DNA of 64,000 nucleotides from Tubulanus polymorphus (taxonomy: Eukaryota > Animalia > Nemertea): NCBI RefSeq assembly GCF_964204645.1, contig NC_134031.1:11720088-11784087 (forward strand). Reading direction: 5' to 3'. Positions 1 through 11,950 of the stretch are shown piece by piece. The position numbers and the translations under genes were made by a program. Each line of letters starts with the position of its first letter. Positions within the stretch are counted from its first letter, which is position 1. Under the pieces are notes generated by a model. That model ran no database searches and was not told the DNA's origin. It saw nothing but the letters and a program-made list of their open reading frames with translations.

Positions 1-690
1 TAGTATAAGAAATGAAGCTGATAAAATTGCGCATGATAAAAGTATAAAAGATTTAAAAATTAGAACTTTAGAAAAAGAATTAACTGATAAAAATAAAGAA
101 ATAGAACAATCAAAATTAGATAGAGATAATAAAGTTATTGAAGAAATTGAATTTAAAAAAAGAAATGCATATTTAGAAAAAGAAATTGATGATTTAGAAT
201 ATAACATAGAATTACAAAAAGAAGAAATTAAATTATTATTAAAATCATATGATTATAATATTAATAGATTAAAAGTTATTTTTAAAGATTTGTTGATAAA
301 ACCAGATTCTAAAATATCATTGAAAGATGGAATGAAATTATTATTTAAGTTAGAAGGAATAACAATTCTTTCAATTCTAAGAGCTGTAATTATGTTATTT
401 ACAACAATTGGTTTAGCAATATCAAATGCTTTAAAATCTACTCCTACTCCAAATAAACCAGATAAACCCCCAGGTAATAATTCTATACAAGATAAAGTTA
501 AAGATGGTTTAAAGAAATTAGCAAAATATTTATGGGAACTATCTAAAAAAATCTGCTGCAGCATTGCCAGGAGTTATTGCATCAATTGTTGGTTTTATAT
601 TGAAATCTGCAGGAAACATTATTACTTTGCTGCTGAACATATTATTTTATTTTTAATTACAGTTGTAAGTGCTATTATTTTGGGTTAGTG
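1..690 (+). pseudogene. Coiled-coil protein with hydrophobic/amphipathic C-terminus (putative membrane-active virion protein), 3' part
   Basis: K/E-rich coiled coil, then LFKLEGITILSIL...FAAEHIILFLITVVSAIILG; near-identical to 11960-12400 (minus); frameshifted. Confidence 0.65.
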
Positions 691-731
691 AATATGATTA
701 AAAATAGATAATTAATTTTTTTGTTAAATAA

Positions 732-1986
732 ATGAGTGGGAGTTATATAAGTCCTTCTAAGATTTCTAGAATATCTAATGCTATTAAAGCAGAAAGATCA
801 CATCATATAATTACTCATAATCCTTCAAATATTAATCCCGATGAAACTTTATATGTTAGAATTCCTCGATTAACACAAAATACTTTTTATGTTCCAAATA
901 GTATTTATTTATCAGCCAATATAAAAGTTACGATAATGATGGTCATGATAATAATTATGTTGTTGATGATCTTAGGAGATATTTGATTAAAAAATTAACT
1001 ATAAAGATTGGTCCAGAAACAGTTTTCTCATTAGATGATTATAATTCATTTATGCATTATAAAGATTTATGGTTTACTAAAGAAAATAGAAATAATATGA
1101 TATTTCAGGGTATTCAATCGGAAAACCATAATAAATTAAGATCAGGAGCTAATGACGCAATAGTAACTCGTGCCACAGATAATTTGATTAAAAAGATTTA
1201 TGGGAGCAAATATAAAATTCCATTAGACTTTGAATTGATAAATAATAATGCACCTTTATATAAATACGCAATTCAAGAAGATATTATATTTGAGATAACA
1301 TTTGCTCTTGTAAATGAAATTGTATTATCTAGCGTTGTTAAAGATATGGGTTATAAATTATCGAATATATGTTTAGAATATGACACAGTAACTAATGAAA
1401 ATATTGCTAGCACAATTCAAAGTCAATACAATCAAGGATTTTCATTATTATATGATTATATTGATAAATTTAAAACTGTAACTATTAATGCAAATGGTGA
1501 AATAATTAATGAGAATATTAACTCCCCTAGAAGATCTATTAAAGGTATATTAATATTTTTTACAATTGCAACATATTCTAATGGCGCAATAAATGTTGAT
1601 AATTATCATAATCCTGAAATATCAAAAGTAGAAATAACTATTGAATGTATAGCAAATAAATTATTTTGTCAAGGAATGAGAATGATAGATCAGTGGCCAG
1701 AAATTAGAAAACATTTTATGAATAAAAAAAAAAATTATCTGAAAATTTTAATATTAATCAAATTGATTATTATACCGGTAATAAATACGCATAATGGTTA
1801 GATTTTAGAACAACTAAAGATAATTTATTACATGGTTCTGGTAAAAAACTACAGAACACTAAAGATGGAATACAATTATTCATGACAAAGAAAAAAGGAA
1901 GCTTAAATTTCAAAATGCACATTTATATTATATCTGACGCGCAATTAAATATTGTAAATTCTCAATTGAATAGTGTTATGCATTAG
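732..1986 (+). pseudogene. Major capsid protein (double jelly-roll, adintovirus-like), frameshifted
   Basis: ORFs 732-986 and 983-1801 plus tail to TAG near 1986; motifs ITHNPSNI..ETLYVRIPRL, IKKLTIKI, YKDLW..FQGI, NICLEYD, RRSIKGIL, NPEI.KVEITIE, ISDAQLNI recognised as animal Maverick/adintovirus MCP. Confidence 0.8.
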
Positions 1987-2018
1987 AATTTTAATTTTAA
2001 TAAAAATTTATATATTAA

Positions 2019-2830
2019 ATGGATGAAGGTAAAGTATATAAACATATTCCATACATTGATAAACATGAAAATAATGATGGCTTATATTATGTAAAACCTT
2101 GTAATATAGCTTTGATATTTGATCCTATTTTCAAAAATTATAAAACTAAACTAATAGAAATCGATAATAATAAAAGTGGAGTTGTTGATAATTTAAGTTA
2201 TGAAATTGATAATAATGTTTTAACTTCTACATCAAATAATGTTTTACCTTCTACGCCTAATAATGAAATAATATTAAATTATAGTGAAAATAGAAATTAT
2301 TGTGGTTACTGTAAAGGCGAGTTTTCAAACGCTCCAACAAATTGGAATAACCATATGAACACAGTTTACATATCAAAAATGTTATAAAACGTGTTGGTAT
2401 AAGAGCATTTATAGAACACCCATTTAGATATGTTACATACAAAGTTTGTTTCAAATAAAAAGTAAATGGTAAAGATTTATATAAAGATTTTTTATCTAAG
2501 GAACCTAGTTAAGGTAAATTAGATTAATCTGATGCTAAAGAAATATTAGGATGAAACATTGTAAATTAAATGTTGGAGTCAAACACTAAGAAAGAGGATA
2601 AGGAAAATATAGTTACTGGAAAGCATATTGATAATGAAGATTATATAGATACAGATTGGACGTAACGTAAAGTAGTTAAAAAAAAATTAATGATGCGGTA
2701 GATAGGTTGAAAAAGGATTATAATGAAGAAACTAATGATGATCCGGTAGATAGGTTGAATAAAATGTTAGAGTCTGATGATGAATTGGAGAATGATGATG
2801 AAAATGATGTTAATTATCTCACATAATATA
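2019..2830 (+). pseudogene. Unknown Maverick accessory ORF with CxxC motif and acidic tail, decayed
   Basis: ORF 2019-2387 (NYCGYCKGEF) starts in a TAAATG context; broken acidic coding-like sequence follows. Confidence 0.4.
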
Positions 2831-3167
2831 TTGGTTGAAAATTGTATAAAATAATAGTTAATAAAAAAGGGGTTTTAAGTATTTATGCATCTAATACGTA
2901 TTTAATGCGTATCTAATACGCGCCTAATACGTATCTAATATGTATTATTTGAAAATACCTTAAATTATAATTTTTTTAAAAATTTATATTGAAACCTCAG
3001 TAATAATAAATAACCTTTATTATTTTCAAACTTATTCATATATTAGTTGAAAAAATAAAAATAAATTGGTTGAAAATTGTATAAATAATATTTATTTTAA
3101 AAAGGGGGGTATTAAGGTATCTAATACATATCTAATACGTATCTAATACATAAATACTTAAAATACC
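2830..3167. repeat. Duplicated blocks with ~11-bp TATCTAATACG-type repeats downstream of the copy A ATPase
   Basis: Repeats at about 2885-2945 and 3115-3150; block TTGGTTGAAAATTGTATAAA...AAAGGGGG occurs twice; 2990-3045 duplicates the ATPase 3' end (3198-3253). Confidence 0.75.
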
Positions 3168-3729
3168 TTATTTTGTAAATTTATATTCATAGGGAAATTG
3201 AAGCCTCAGTAATAATTTTGAACCTTTATTACTTTTTAATTTTTTCATATATTCATCATGTAATTCAGTAGGTATAATTTGATTTACTTCCAATGATTGT
3301 TGCATAGATTTTCTATCTTTATTGTAGAATAAAACTAAAAATCTTATATTCTCCCTAAAATCTTTAACAATTGAATTATACTTTTGATTTAAAACCCATG
3401 TTGTTATCCCAAAATGTCTCCCGGAGGAAGCTAAATAGCATAACTCACTTTCTCTAACTTTTGAATCATGTAAATTTGCACAATCATCCACAATAAATAA
3501 TGTATTTGATCCTTCATAAATATCAATTGCTATTTTTATACAATTATCTAAATTTTCTTTCACTGTTTTAGGGTCTAATATAATAAGTAGGGCAGAATAA
3601 TATTATATTATCAAAATGATTTTTATAAATAGTTTCTAACAAATCTAATACAAAATGTGTTTCACCACAGTTGGTTACCTCAGTAACTAACATATTATGC
3701 GGTTCAAATATAAATAAATCTTTATTAAT
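3168..3729 (-). pseudogene. FtsK/A32-like packaging ATPase (copy A)
   Basis: Walker B LFIVDDC and SGRHFGITTWVLNQKY; Walker A mutated (EVTNCGET versus GVTNCGKT in copy B); start codon mutated. Confidence 0.88.
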
Positions 3730-4406
3730 TTATTCTTTTAATTTTACGAGATAAAATCCATTCATTGAACTTGTCATCGTACCCTTTATATTTCACCAGA
3801 CAATACTTTTTTCCTTTAAGAGTTTTTGTTTTCAATACTTTTTCTATTTTGTATTCTATTTCATCTGGATTTGGTACAAGTGATAATTCTTGTTCGTAGA
3901 AATAACCTAATATTTCTTCATCTTTTAAATCTTCTTATTTATAAACAAATGGTTTAGTAAGTATTATCTTTTTAATCTTAAATATTTCTGCAGTGAAATT
4001 TGGAGTATAACCTTTATAAAATGTTTTTCGACATTTAGATATTCTTACATGTTATCCTTTTTTAAATTCAGGTTCTCCAAAATCATGTGTAACAAACGCA
4101 CCATATAAATTATTCCAAACTATTTCTGAATTATCTTCTTTTCTAGCTTGTATAGGTTTCATATTTATAGAACTATGTTTAGAATTATTATAACCTTTCA
4201 CTAAATCATCTAACACATCGATATATTTACATGTTTCATTAGCAGTAAAATATTTCCACATTCTAGTTTTCAATGTTTTATTAAACCTTTCTATAATAGA
4301 TGCTTTTTTATCTGAGTGTGTTGAAAAATACTCTACATCGTTATCAGATAACAGTTTTTTGATGGGTTTCGTCGTCAGACGAACCCATCTATGGCATCGT
4401 CGTCAT

Positions 4407-4441
<35 letters not shown>

Positions 4442-6054
4442 GATGTTTCTTTATGACACGATTTAAGCTGTTTGTGTGGACCGACAATTCTGTAATTTCA
4501 CACAGGTATTCTCTACTTGATGTAGATGGTGCAGCTTGGTTTATATTTGATTCCGATGGTTATAAGTGCTCTAATTTGGTTAAAAGATAATTAACGTTAC
4601 TCGCTAGTTCAAGCCGCTGTATAGCGCGTTGCTACGACGACGCTCGATCAACATACTGGTACTCGCTGTGTAATACTGAACACGTATATACCTGTAGATA
4701 TTGATCGTACTAGCACCGGTTTCAGATAGCGCGCGCGCTGATCGGTCTTAACACTTCTCGGAACTGCTGTGCTAAATGCTGAGAGGCCGAATCTATGCGC
4801 AATCATTTATTGGGCTCGTCACATTTGATAGTGAATGGATAAATAACCGGTGTCAATGACGGTCGCTACTCCCCATCAGTATAACTCATCAGTATAAGAA
4901 ATAATTCTTTCGAGTTTTTTTTTCAATCCCCGAAGTTGTTGTTACTATGTTGACCTCGCCGTTTTATTTAAGCTTACTGATGATTCTTCTAGTATTTTTC
5001 AGGGTCACAAGACATGACGAAGTCGCAAAGTTTTGTACAAATTTCACGAAACAAACAATTATTTAGGCGGCACCTGATCTATTGATTAATTATGATAAAT
5101 AATGTTTATTTCATTAAAAATTTGTTTTATTCAAACACTACTTTCGTCGCACATAGCGTGATCGGTAGGCCCTACTATTCTACGGTAGGCCATGGACTCT
5201 TTCATGTGGTAGGCCTATTACAAATGATACAATCCGCGTGTCCGTGAATAAGTGACACGTGGTGGGGCGGGTTGTGAGGAGCATCGAAACTAATCCGTCA
5301 CAAATAATAGATAGAAAACAATACCTTAAGAGGTTAACTTTTATTAACATCATTACCAAATCAAAACCTGCACATCCTATCATAAATAGAAATTCTAAGA
5401 ATTTATTTCAAAGAATAATAAATTACGTCTTAATATTGGGATTCGAACTCGTAGCATCGATTCAGGTGCCTTTCCCAAAGCGGGTATCCCGCGGGGAAAA
5501 CCCATTACTATTTATATCGAGAATCGCCTTTTTGACAGCGAGTTCGGTGAATGAAACAGAAACAATTACACAGAAACCCATCATGGGAAGTTTCTTTCTG
5601 GTTAAAATGTTTATTATAAAATTCCCTACCATCATCAAATTGTATCTTACCTGGAATAGCTTCTTTAAATATATTTTTAAAAGCATTTGTTACTTCAATC
5701 TATACCAGTTTTATTTTTCATTGGAATTGACCATGCGTATCTACTGAATATATCTATGACATTTAATATCCAGAAATATCCTTTGTTGTATTCTTCTAAG
5801 TTCTTCATGTCAATTAAATCTGCTTGCCATTGTTGATCGATATATGACACCATTACTTTTCTTGCTAAATAATTCTTATCCATTTTCTTATGAATTTGAT
5901 ATGTTGGTTGATTTTGTAACCATAATTTTAATTCACTATATTTTATATTTTTTTTATCAGATTTAATTTGATCCCATAATTCTGAAACACTAGAATATGA
6001 TACTTCACTCTCTGGGTTGTAATATAAATCTCTTAAATATTGTCCTTTTTTCAT
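3730..6054 (-). pseudogene. Retroviral-like (rve) integrase with C-terminal chromodomain (copy A), split by an insertion at 4361-5603
   Basis: LYYNP, QWQADL, IDIFSRYAW, QFDDGREF, IIERFNKTLKTRMW, YN..KHSSI.MKP, YKIEKVLK; removing 4361-5603 rejoins KHF|KKLL. Confidence 0.9.
4361..5603 (+). mobile_element. Non-autonomous Helentron/HINE (DINE-1-like) element inserted in the Maverick integrase
   Basis: subTIR GATGGGTTTC 4361-4370 and GAAACCCATC 5573-5582; 5' hairpin 4361-4389; (GTCT)n microsatellite 4407-4440; weak 3' stem; inserted after a T-run with no TSD. Confidence 0.8.
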
Positions 6055-6060
6055 CTTATT

Positions 6061-6350
6061 TTAATCCATTAATAATAATTTAGATTTAGTTTCAATGATT
6101 TTATCATTTGATTTATTTTCTGGTATAATAGGTTTATCATCTTCATCATTATTATCATCAGATTTATACTTAGATTTATATATTACACCAGAGAATATAA
6201 TTACTGTGATTAACCCAATTGTAATATATAAGTAATTATTTCTTCCAGTATTAGAAGAATTAGATGGATTATCATTCGAATCAATATCAGATAATTTCTG
6301 TGATTCATTTATATCAGTTAATTTCATTTTCTTAGCTCTTTTTAATTCTG
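6061..6350 (-). pseudogene. Small single-TM Maverick protein (copy A), 5'-truncated
   Basis: TM segment YLYITIGLITVIIFSGVIY; same layout as the ORF starting at 8296. Confidence 0.55.
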
Positions 6351-6618
6351 AAATATATAAATCGGGTCGGTAGATTCGAATTACCTATTGCGTATAGAGG
6401 AAAAAAGACGTCGATTACTTGTGAGATAGTACAGGAAATGTTCCCAATATCCTAAGTCTGAAAGACTCGATAAGACTAAATTTGATCAGAAGAGTAGATA
6501 CTGTATCAAAGGCTGAGCCAATCGTTAATAATAATAAACAACATGTAGATACAGGTAGTAAACGGAGTAGTGTTAAAGATTGTATACTAATAAGTATGGA
6601 ATATTCAATAAATGTCTC

Positions 6619-6736
6619 TAACATCCTCCAACCCAAAAATAATTAACATCAAGTTTAACACCAATATTTACAAAATTAACATCCTCCAACCCAAAAATAA
6701 TTAACATCAAGTTTAATACCAATATTTACAAAATTT
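6619..6736. repeat. ~58-bp tandem duplication
   Basis: TAACATCCTCCAACCCAAAAATAATTAACATCAAGTTTAA(C/T)ACCAATATTTACAAAAT twice. Confidence 0.85.
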
Positions 6737-7119
6737 TCGTGGAACACACCGCAAGTGATATCTGCCACCGACGGCTCGGTTCCTGAACTTCGCTGAAAAA
6801 GCTGAAACACTGAAATAAAAACGCTGAAATTTCAGGGAATTTCTGAAAAACGCCGAAATTTCAGGGAATTCCCGAAAAACACTGAAATCGTGGTACCGAC
6901 AATACACGTTTTGAAATATTTTCCGGGCCGGTGTCCGCTGCCGAGTCCTGAACCGTGTTTTAGTCTCTACCTTCGGTTACAGAGACATGCCTTAAGGTCG
7001 TCGTCATGTTCGACTTGATCGATTGCGGATTGCGTGGATTGTTAAATGTGTTGTTTGTTTTATGTGCATATACCGGTACGATCTAACAATGAAGTTATTA
7101 CTTCATTTGAATAAATTCT

Positions 7120-7450
7120 AGTAATTAGGAAATGGCGTTTTCATACCAGAGGTCGAGAGGTCGAGACACCACTCATCACAGCTAGGCTCTAGCGAGAACG
7201 GACGATTGCTCTGTGATACACATATACAGTGAGTGCGCGTAACAACAACTGCGCGTGGATAGATAGATACAGTGAGTCGCCACTGAGAACGGTTATTAAC
7301 GCGTGTGCTATAGTGCAGTGATTGCGTGTCAACTGTGCCCGGATAAATAGATGCTGTGAGGCTTGGGTGAGAACGGTTAATAGCGTGCTTGTTATATACA
7401 AGGGGAAGTAATCCCCACTCATCACTACAAGTAATTTTTTTTCCTTATAA
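7120..7450 (+). repeat. Left terminal (TIR-like) region of copy B
   Basis: AGTAAT start; CCACTCATCAC at 7169-7179 and 7415-7425; three GAGAACGG motifs; ends in ACAAGTAATTTTTT..CCT.ATAAATGGG, shared with 23046-23135 (minus). Confidence 0.65.
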
Positions 7451-7777
7451 ATGGGAGATAGAAAAGCATTCTTAGCAACAATAAATAACAGAATAAAACC
7501 AGCAAAAAAACAATTTGAAATAAAAAAGTTAGTTGATGTTACAAAAGAAATTGAACATAAAATATTGAAATTAGAAAAGATAAAAACTAAATATGGAGAG
7601 AAAGTATCAGCTAATTTAAGCTATTGCGATGTTAGTACATCGCGAGAATTTAAAGTATTTTTACCTGATAAATGGGTTTCATTGAGTACAGAGGAATTAA
7701 AAGATTTAGAAGGATTTAAAATAATCTATTATGGAAAAAATGAAGATGGCCATCATGATTTAGAAATTGTTGATTAA
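7451..7777 (+). CDS. Small conserved Maverick protein, possibly an OB-fold ssDNA-binding protein
   Basis: Intact 108-aa ORF; homologous to 26516-26869 (KKL, KYG.K, FLPD/YLPD, Y.GKNE.GHHD); fold assignment is inference. Confidence 0.6.
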   Translation: MGDRKAFLATINNRIKPAKKQFEIKKLVDVTKEIEHKILKLEKIKTKYGEKVSANLSYCDVSTSREFKVFLPDKWVSLSTEELKDLEGFKIIYYGKNEDGHHDLEIVD

Positions 7778-7939
7778 ATTTAAAAAAAATAAATTAATAA
7801 AAATAATGAATATCTAGAATCCGAAATGACTTATCTGGACAATTTAATTGCTCCGCATAGATAGACAAAAGAAGTGAGATGGTGCCGTACGGCACCCAGA
7901 TGGTGATATTCAATTAATTAAAAAAAATTATTTTTTTGC

Positions 7940-8296
7940 TTTTTTTCTAAAATATTAATCCATTTTTTTTATTATCAATTTTGGAATTTCAGAAGTATTT
8001 TCATTTTTAATAGCAGTTGTTTTAGAATTATTAATATCATGAATTTTATTTGATTTCTTATACCAATTACACCCAATCAAAATGAGTACAATTACAAATC
8101 CAACTGTAAAATATAGTCATTTATCAAATATTCTATTATTAGAAGGAGTAGAAATAACAATATTTTCACCATTTTTATTACTTATTTTTTCTTTTACAGC
8201 TTTTTTATATTCTTGTGATTTAATTCCTAATTGCCGAGACCATTCAATTTGTTTCTGTGATCTCGGTTTTTTCTTCACTTCTTCCACCTTGTTCAT
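7940..8296 (-). pseudogene. Small basic single-TM protein (copy B)
   Basis: MNKVEEVKKKPRSQKQIEWSRQLG...*LYFTVGFVIVLILIG; TAAATG start; internal stop. Confidence 0.55.
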
Positions 8297-8312
8297 TTAT
8301 TATAGAAATATT

Positions 8313-8853
8313 TTAACTTTCAATATTTGAAAATGTTATAACTCCAGTTGATAATAATGTCATAAATCCACCTAATTGAAATGATAAATATCCAATCCAT
8401 TTATTTAATTCGGTCATAACTAAATAATCATTTTTTAAATCAGCATATAATCTATTTTCATCTTGAATTGGCAGCATATAATTACATATTTTACTATAAC
8501 CTTTTACTACATTTTCTGATATCGCATCATTAATTCTAGCTGTTCTCGCGGTTTCATAAATCTTAAATAATCTAATAATTTCATCTGATTTTATTGTATC
8601 CAATTCATTATAAGTTAAATTTTTACCGATAAAATTTTTACATTTTCCAGATGCTATATAATTTCTAATTGATGTTTACAATAAAGAAAATATTCATAAT
8701 TATTATTTGTTGTAACATTATTTAAAGCACCATCATCTGGAATTAATTTGTTTTCTGTTATTCCTAAATCATCTAAATTTATTCCTAATAATCTAAAGTT
8801 TTTTCAATTGGAACATCACCATTTTTAGATTTTATTTTCATTTCACCTACCAT
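8313..8853 (-). pseudogene. Conserved Maverick accessory protein of unknown function
   Basis: TAAATG start at 8853; C-terminal ORF 8313-8603 (LFKIYE...LPI.DEN.L..DL); frameshifts in the 5' half. Confidence 0.55.
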
Positions 8854-8884
8854 TTATATAACAAAAAAATTAGTTGTGATGTTG

Positions 8885-9145
8885 CAACTAGAATTTAACT
8901 AGAATGTAACTAGAATTCAACTAGATTAACAAGCTAGTTGAAATATTGTTTTTTTTATATATTTTTTGTTAAATCTGGTTGATTTTTGTTCCAACTACCA
9001 ATAACTAGAATTCAACTAGAATGTAACTAAAAATATACTAGATTAACAAGCTAGTTAAAATATTGTTGAATTTTATTTGATTTTTGTTTCAAATACCAAT
9101 AACTAGAATTCAACTAGAATGTAACTAAATATGTAATAGATTAAC
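8885..9145. repeat. ~10-bp AACTAGAATN tandem repeats in three blocks downstream of the copy B ATPase
   Basis: AACTAGAATTT/AACTAGAATGT/AACTAGAATTC/AACTAGATTAACAAG blocks at about 8886, 9003 and 9101. Confidence 0.85.
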
Positions 9146-9159
9146 AAACCTGTTGAATT

Positions 9160-9767
9160 TAAATAAATTCATTTTTAAATGGGTGTTGTAATCTAAATAG
9201 TAATTTTGTTCTTTTAATATTTTTCAATTTATCCATATATTCATTATGTAAATCATGTGGAATAATATCGTTTTCCTCAAGTGCATTTTTCATCGATTTT
9301 CTATCTTTATTGTAGAATAAAACTAGAAATCTAATGTTTTCTCTAAAGTCTTTAACAATGGAATTATATTTTTGATTTTAAACCCATGTTGTTATCCCGA
9401 AATGTCTCCCAGAGAAAGCCAGATAACATAACTCACTTTCTCTCACTTTTGAATCATGTAAATTTGCGCAATCATCTATAATGAATAATGTATTTGATCC
9501 TTTATAAATATCTATTGCTATTTTAATACAATTATCTAAATTTTCTTTTACTGTTTTAGGATCTAATATAATAAATTTATTATTTCTAGTAATATTTCTA
9601 TCATAAGTTTGAATAAATTCATATGTTGCACAAAATAATACTATATTATCAAAATAGTTTTTATAAACAGTTTCTAATAAATTTAATATAAAATAAGTTT
9701 TTCCACAATTTGTTACGCCAGAAATTAACATATTATGAGGCTCAAATATAAATGATTCCTTATTCAT
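9160..9767 (-). pseudogene. FtsK/A32-like packaging ATPase (copy B)
   Basis: Walker A ISGVTNCGKT, Walker B LFIIDDC, FSGRHFGITTWV; premature stop at 9378, homology to copy A continues to about 9190. Confidence 0.9.
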
Positions 9768-10892
9768 TTATATATTTTTAATTTTACTTGATAATATCCA
9801 GTCATTGAATTTATCTGGCTACCAACCCATTTTACTAAAGAATATTTTTTTCTTTTAATAGTTTTTGTTTTTAATACTTTTTCAATTTTATATTCTTGTT
9901 CTAGATTTTCAGTAGTTAAACTCAATTCTTCTTCGTAAAAGTAGCCATCAACTTCTTCACCATCTAAATCTTCTAATTTATAGACATATGGTTTTGTTGT
10001 TATAACCTTTTTTATTTTATATATTTCTCTAGTAAAATTTCGATCGTATCCTTTATCAAATATCTTTTTATACTTAGAAATTCTAACATTTTGACCAACT
10101 TTAAATTTAGGTTCGCCAAAATCATCTACAAGAAATGCTCCATATAAATTATTCCAAACAATTTCAGAATTTTCAGGTTTTCTAGCATCAATAGGTTTCA
10201 TTCCAATAGAAGAATGATAAGAATTATTATATCCTTCTATCAATTTTGGCAAAACATCAATCCATTTAAAAGTTATTTGCTGTAAGATATTTCCACATTC
10301 TTGTTCTTAATGTTCTATTAAATCGTTCAACAACTGCCGCTTGTTTATCCGATTTTGTTGAAAAATATTTAATATTATGATTGTCTAAGAGTTCATGAAC
10401 AAGTGAATTATCAAACTCTTTTCCATCATCAAATTGTATTTTTTCTGGTTTTAGTTTATCATCCGAAAGAAATTTTCTTAAAACATTTGATGTTTGTACA
10501 GCATCTTTTCTATAAATTGGGAAACTCCATACATAACGACTAAAAATATCAATTATATTCAATATCCATCAATAATCATCATTATATTTCTTAACATTTT
10601 TCATATCAATTAAATCTCTTTGCCACTGTTGATCTACATAACTTACCATAGTTTTACGAGTTTTATATTTTCTAACAATTTTTTTATGTGTTGTATATGT
10701 TGGTTGTTCTAACGTAAATTCATTTATATCTATATATTTAACTAAATTTTGTGGGATTATCTTATCTAATTTATCTTCTTTTACTTGACGCCATATATTT
10801 TTGGTAGAAGAATAAGCAACCGAACTCTCAGGGTTGTAATATAAATTTCTTAAATATTGTTCTTTAGTATTAGGAGTTTTTTTACCACCCAT
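9764..10892 (-). pseudogene. rve integrase with chromodomain (copy B), three fragments
   Basis: ORFs 10569-10892, 10266-10562 and 9764-10252; D-D-E in QWQRDL, IQFDDGKEF, VVERFNRT; chromo-like YKIEKVLK...LVKWVG. Confidence 0.92.
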
Positions 10893-10922
10893 TTATATAT
10901 CCTTAATTTTAACTTTATATTT

Positions 10923-11950
10923 CTAATATTGAATACTATCTAATTGTGAATTTACAATATTTAATTGTGCGTCAGATATAATATAAATGTGCATTTTAAA
11001 ATTTAAGCTTCCTTTTTTCTTTTTCATGAATAATTATATTCCATCTTTAGTGTTCTGTAGTTATTTTCTAGAACCATGTAATGAATTATTTATCCTCTGT
11101 TGTTCTAAAATCTAACCATAATGCATATTTATTGCCGGTATAATAATCAATTTGATTAATATTACAATTTTCAGATGATTTTACTTTTTCATTCATAAAA
11201 TGTTTTCTAATTTCTGGCCATTGATCAATCATTCTCATTCCTTGACAAAATATTTTATTTGCTATTCCTTCGATAGTTATTTCTACTTTTGTTATTTCAG
11301 GATTATAATAATTATCAACCTTTATTGCGCCATTAGAATATGTTGCAATGGTAAAAAATATTAATATACCTTTAATAGATCTTCTTGGGAAGTTAATATT
11401 CTCATTAATTATTTCATCATTTGCATTAATAGTTACAGTTTTAAATTTATCAATATAATCATATAATAATGAAAATACTTGATTGTATCGAGTTTGAATT
11501 GTGCTAGCAATATTTTCATTAGTTACTGTATTATATTCTAAACATATATTCGATAATTTATATCCCATATCTTTAACAACGCTAGATAATACAATTTCAT
11601 TTACAGGAGCAAATGTTATCTCAAATATAATATCTTCTTGAATTACATATTTATATAAAGGTGCATTATTATTTATCAATTCAAAGTCTAATGGAATTTT
11701 ACATTTGCTTCCATAAATCTTTTTAATCAAATTATCTGCGGCACGAGTTACTATTGCGTCATTAGCTCCTGATCTTAATTTATTATGGTTTTCCGATTGA
11801 ATGCCTTGAAATATCATATTATTTCTATTTTCTTTAGTTAACCATAAATCTTTATAATGCATAAATAAATTATAATCATCTAATGAGAAAATTGTTTCTG
11901 GACCAATCTTTATAGTTAATTTTTTAATCAAATATCTCCCAACATTGTTG
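10923..11950 (-). pseudogene. Major capsid protein (copy B), N-terminus deleted
   Basis: ORF 11086-11931 near-identical to 983-1801; joined at about 11950 to the upstream coiled-coil gene; premature stop at 11086. Confidence 0.85.

Larger units (their letters stand above)
1..6350. mobile_element. Maverick/Polinton (adintovirus-like) copy A, partial and decayed
   Basis: Very AT-rich block with MCP, packaging ATPase, rve integrase and conserved accessory genes homologous to copy B; frameshifts and stops throughout; homology to B breaks off near 6350; left end lies outside the window. Confidence 0.9.

Noticed and set aside
5259-5747. 162-aa plus-strand ORF as a gene
   Set aside because: Spans the HINE/integrase junction antisense to the integrase; no recognisable motifs
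8885-9145. CRISPR-like array in the viral intergenic region
   Set aside because: 10-bp units in duplicated blocks; intervening sequences are related to each other rather than unique
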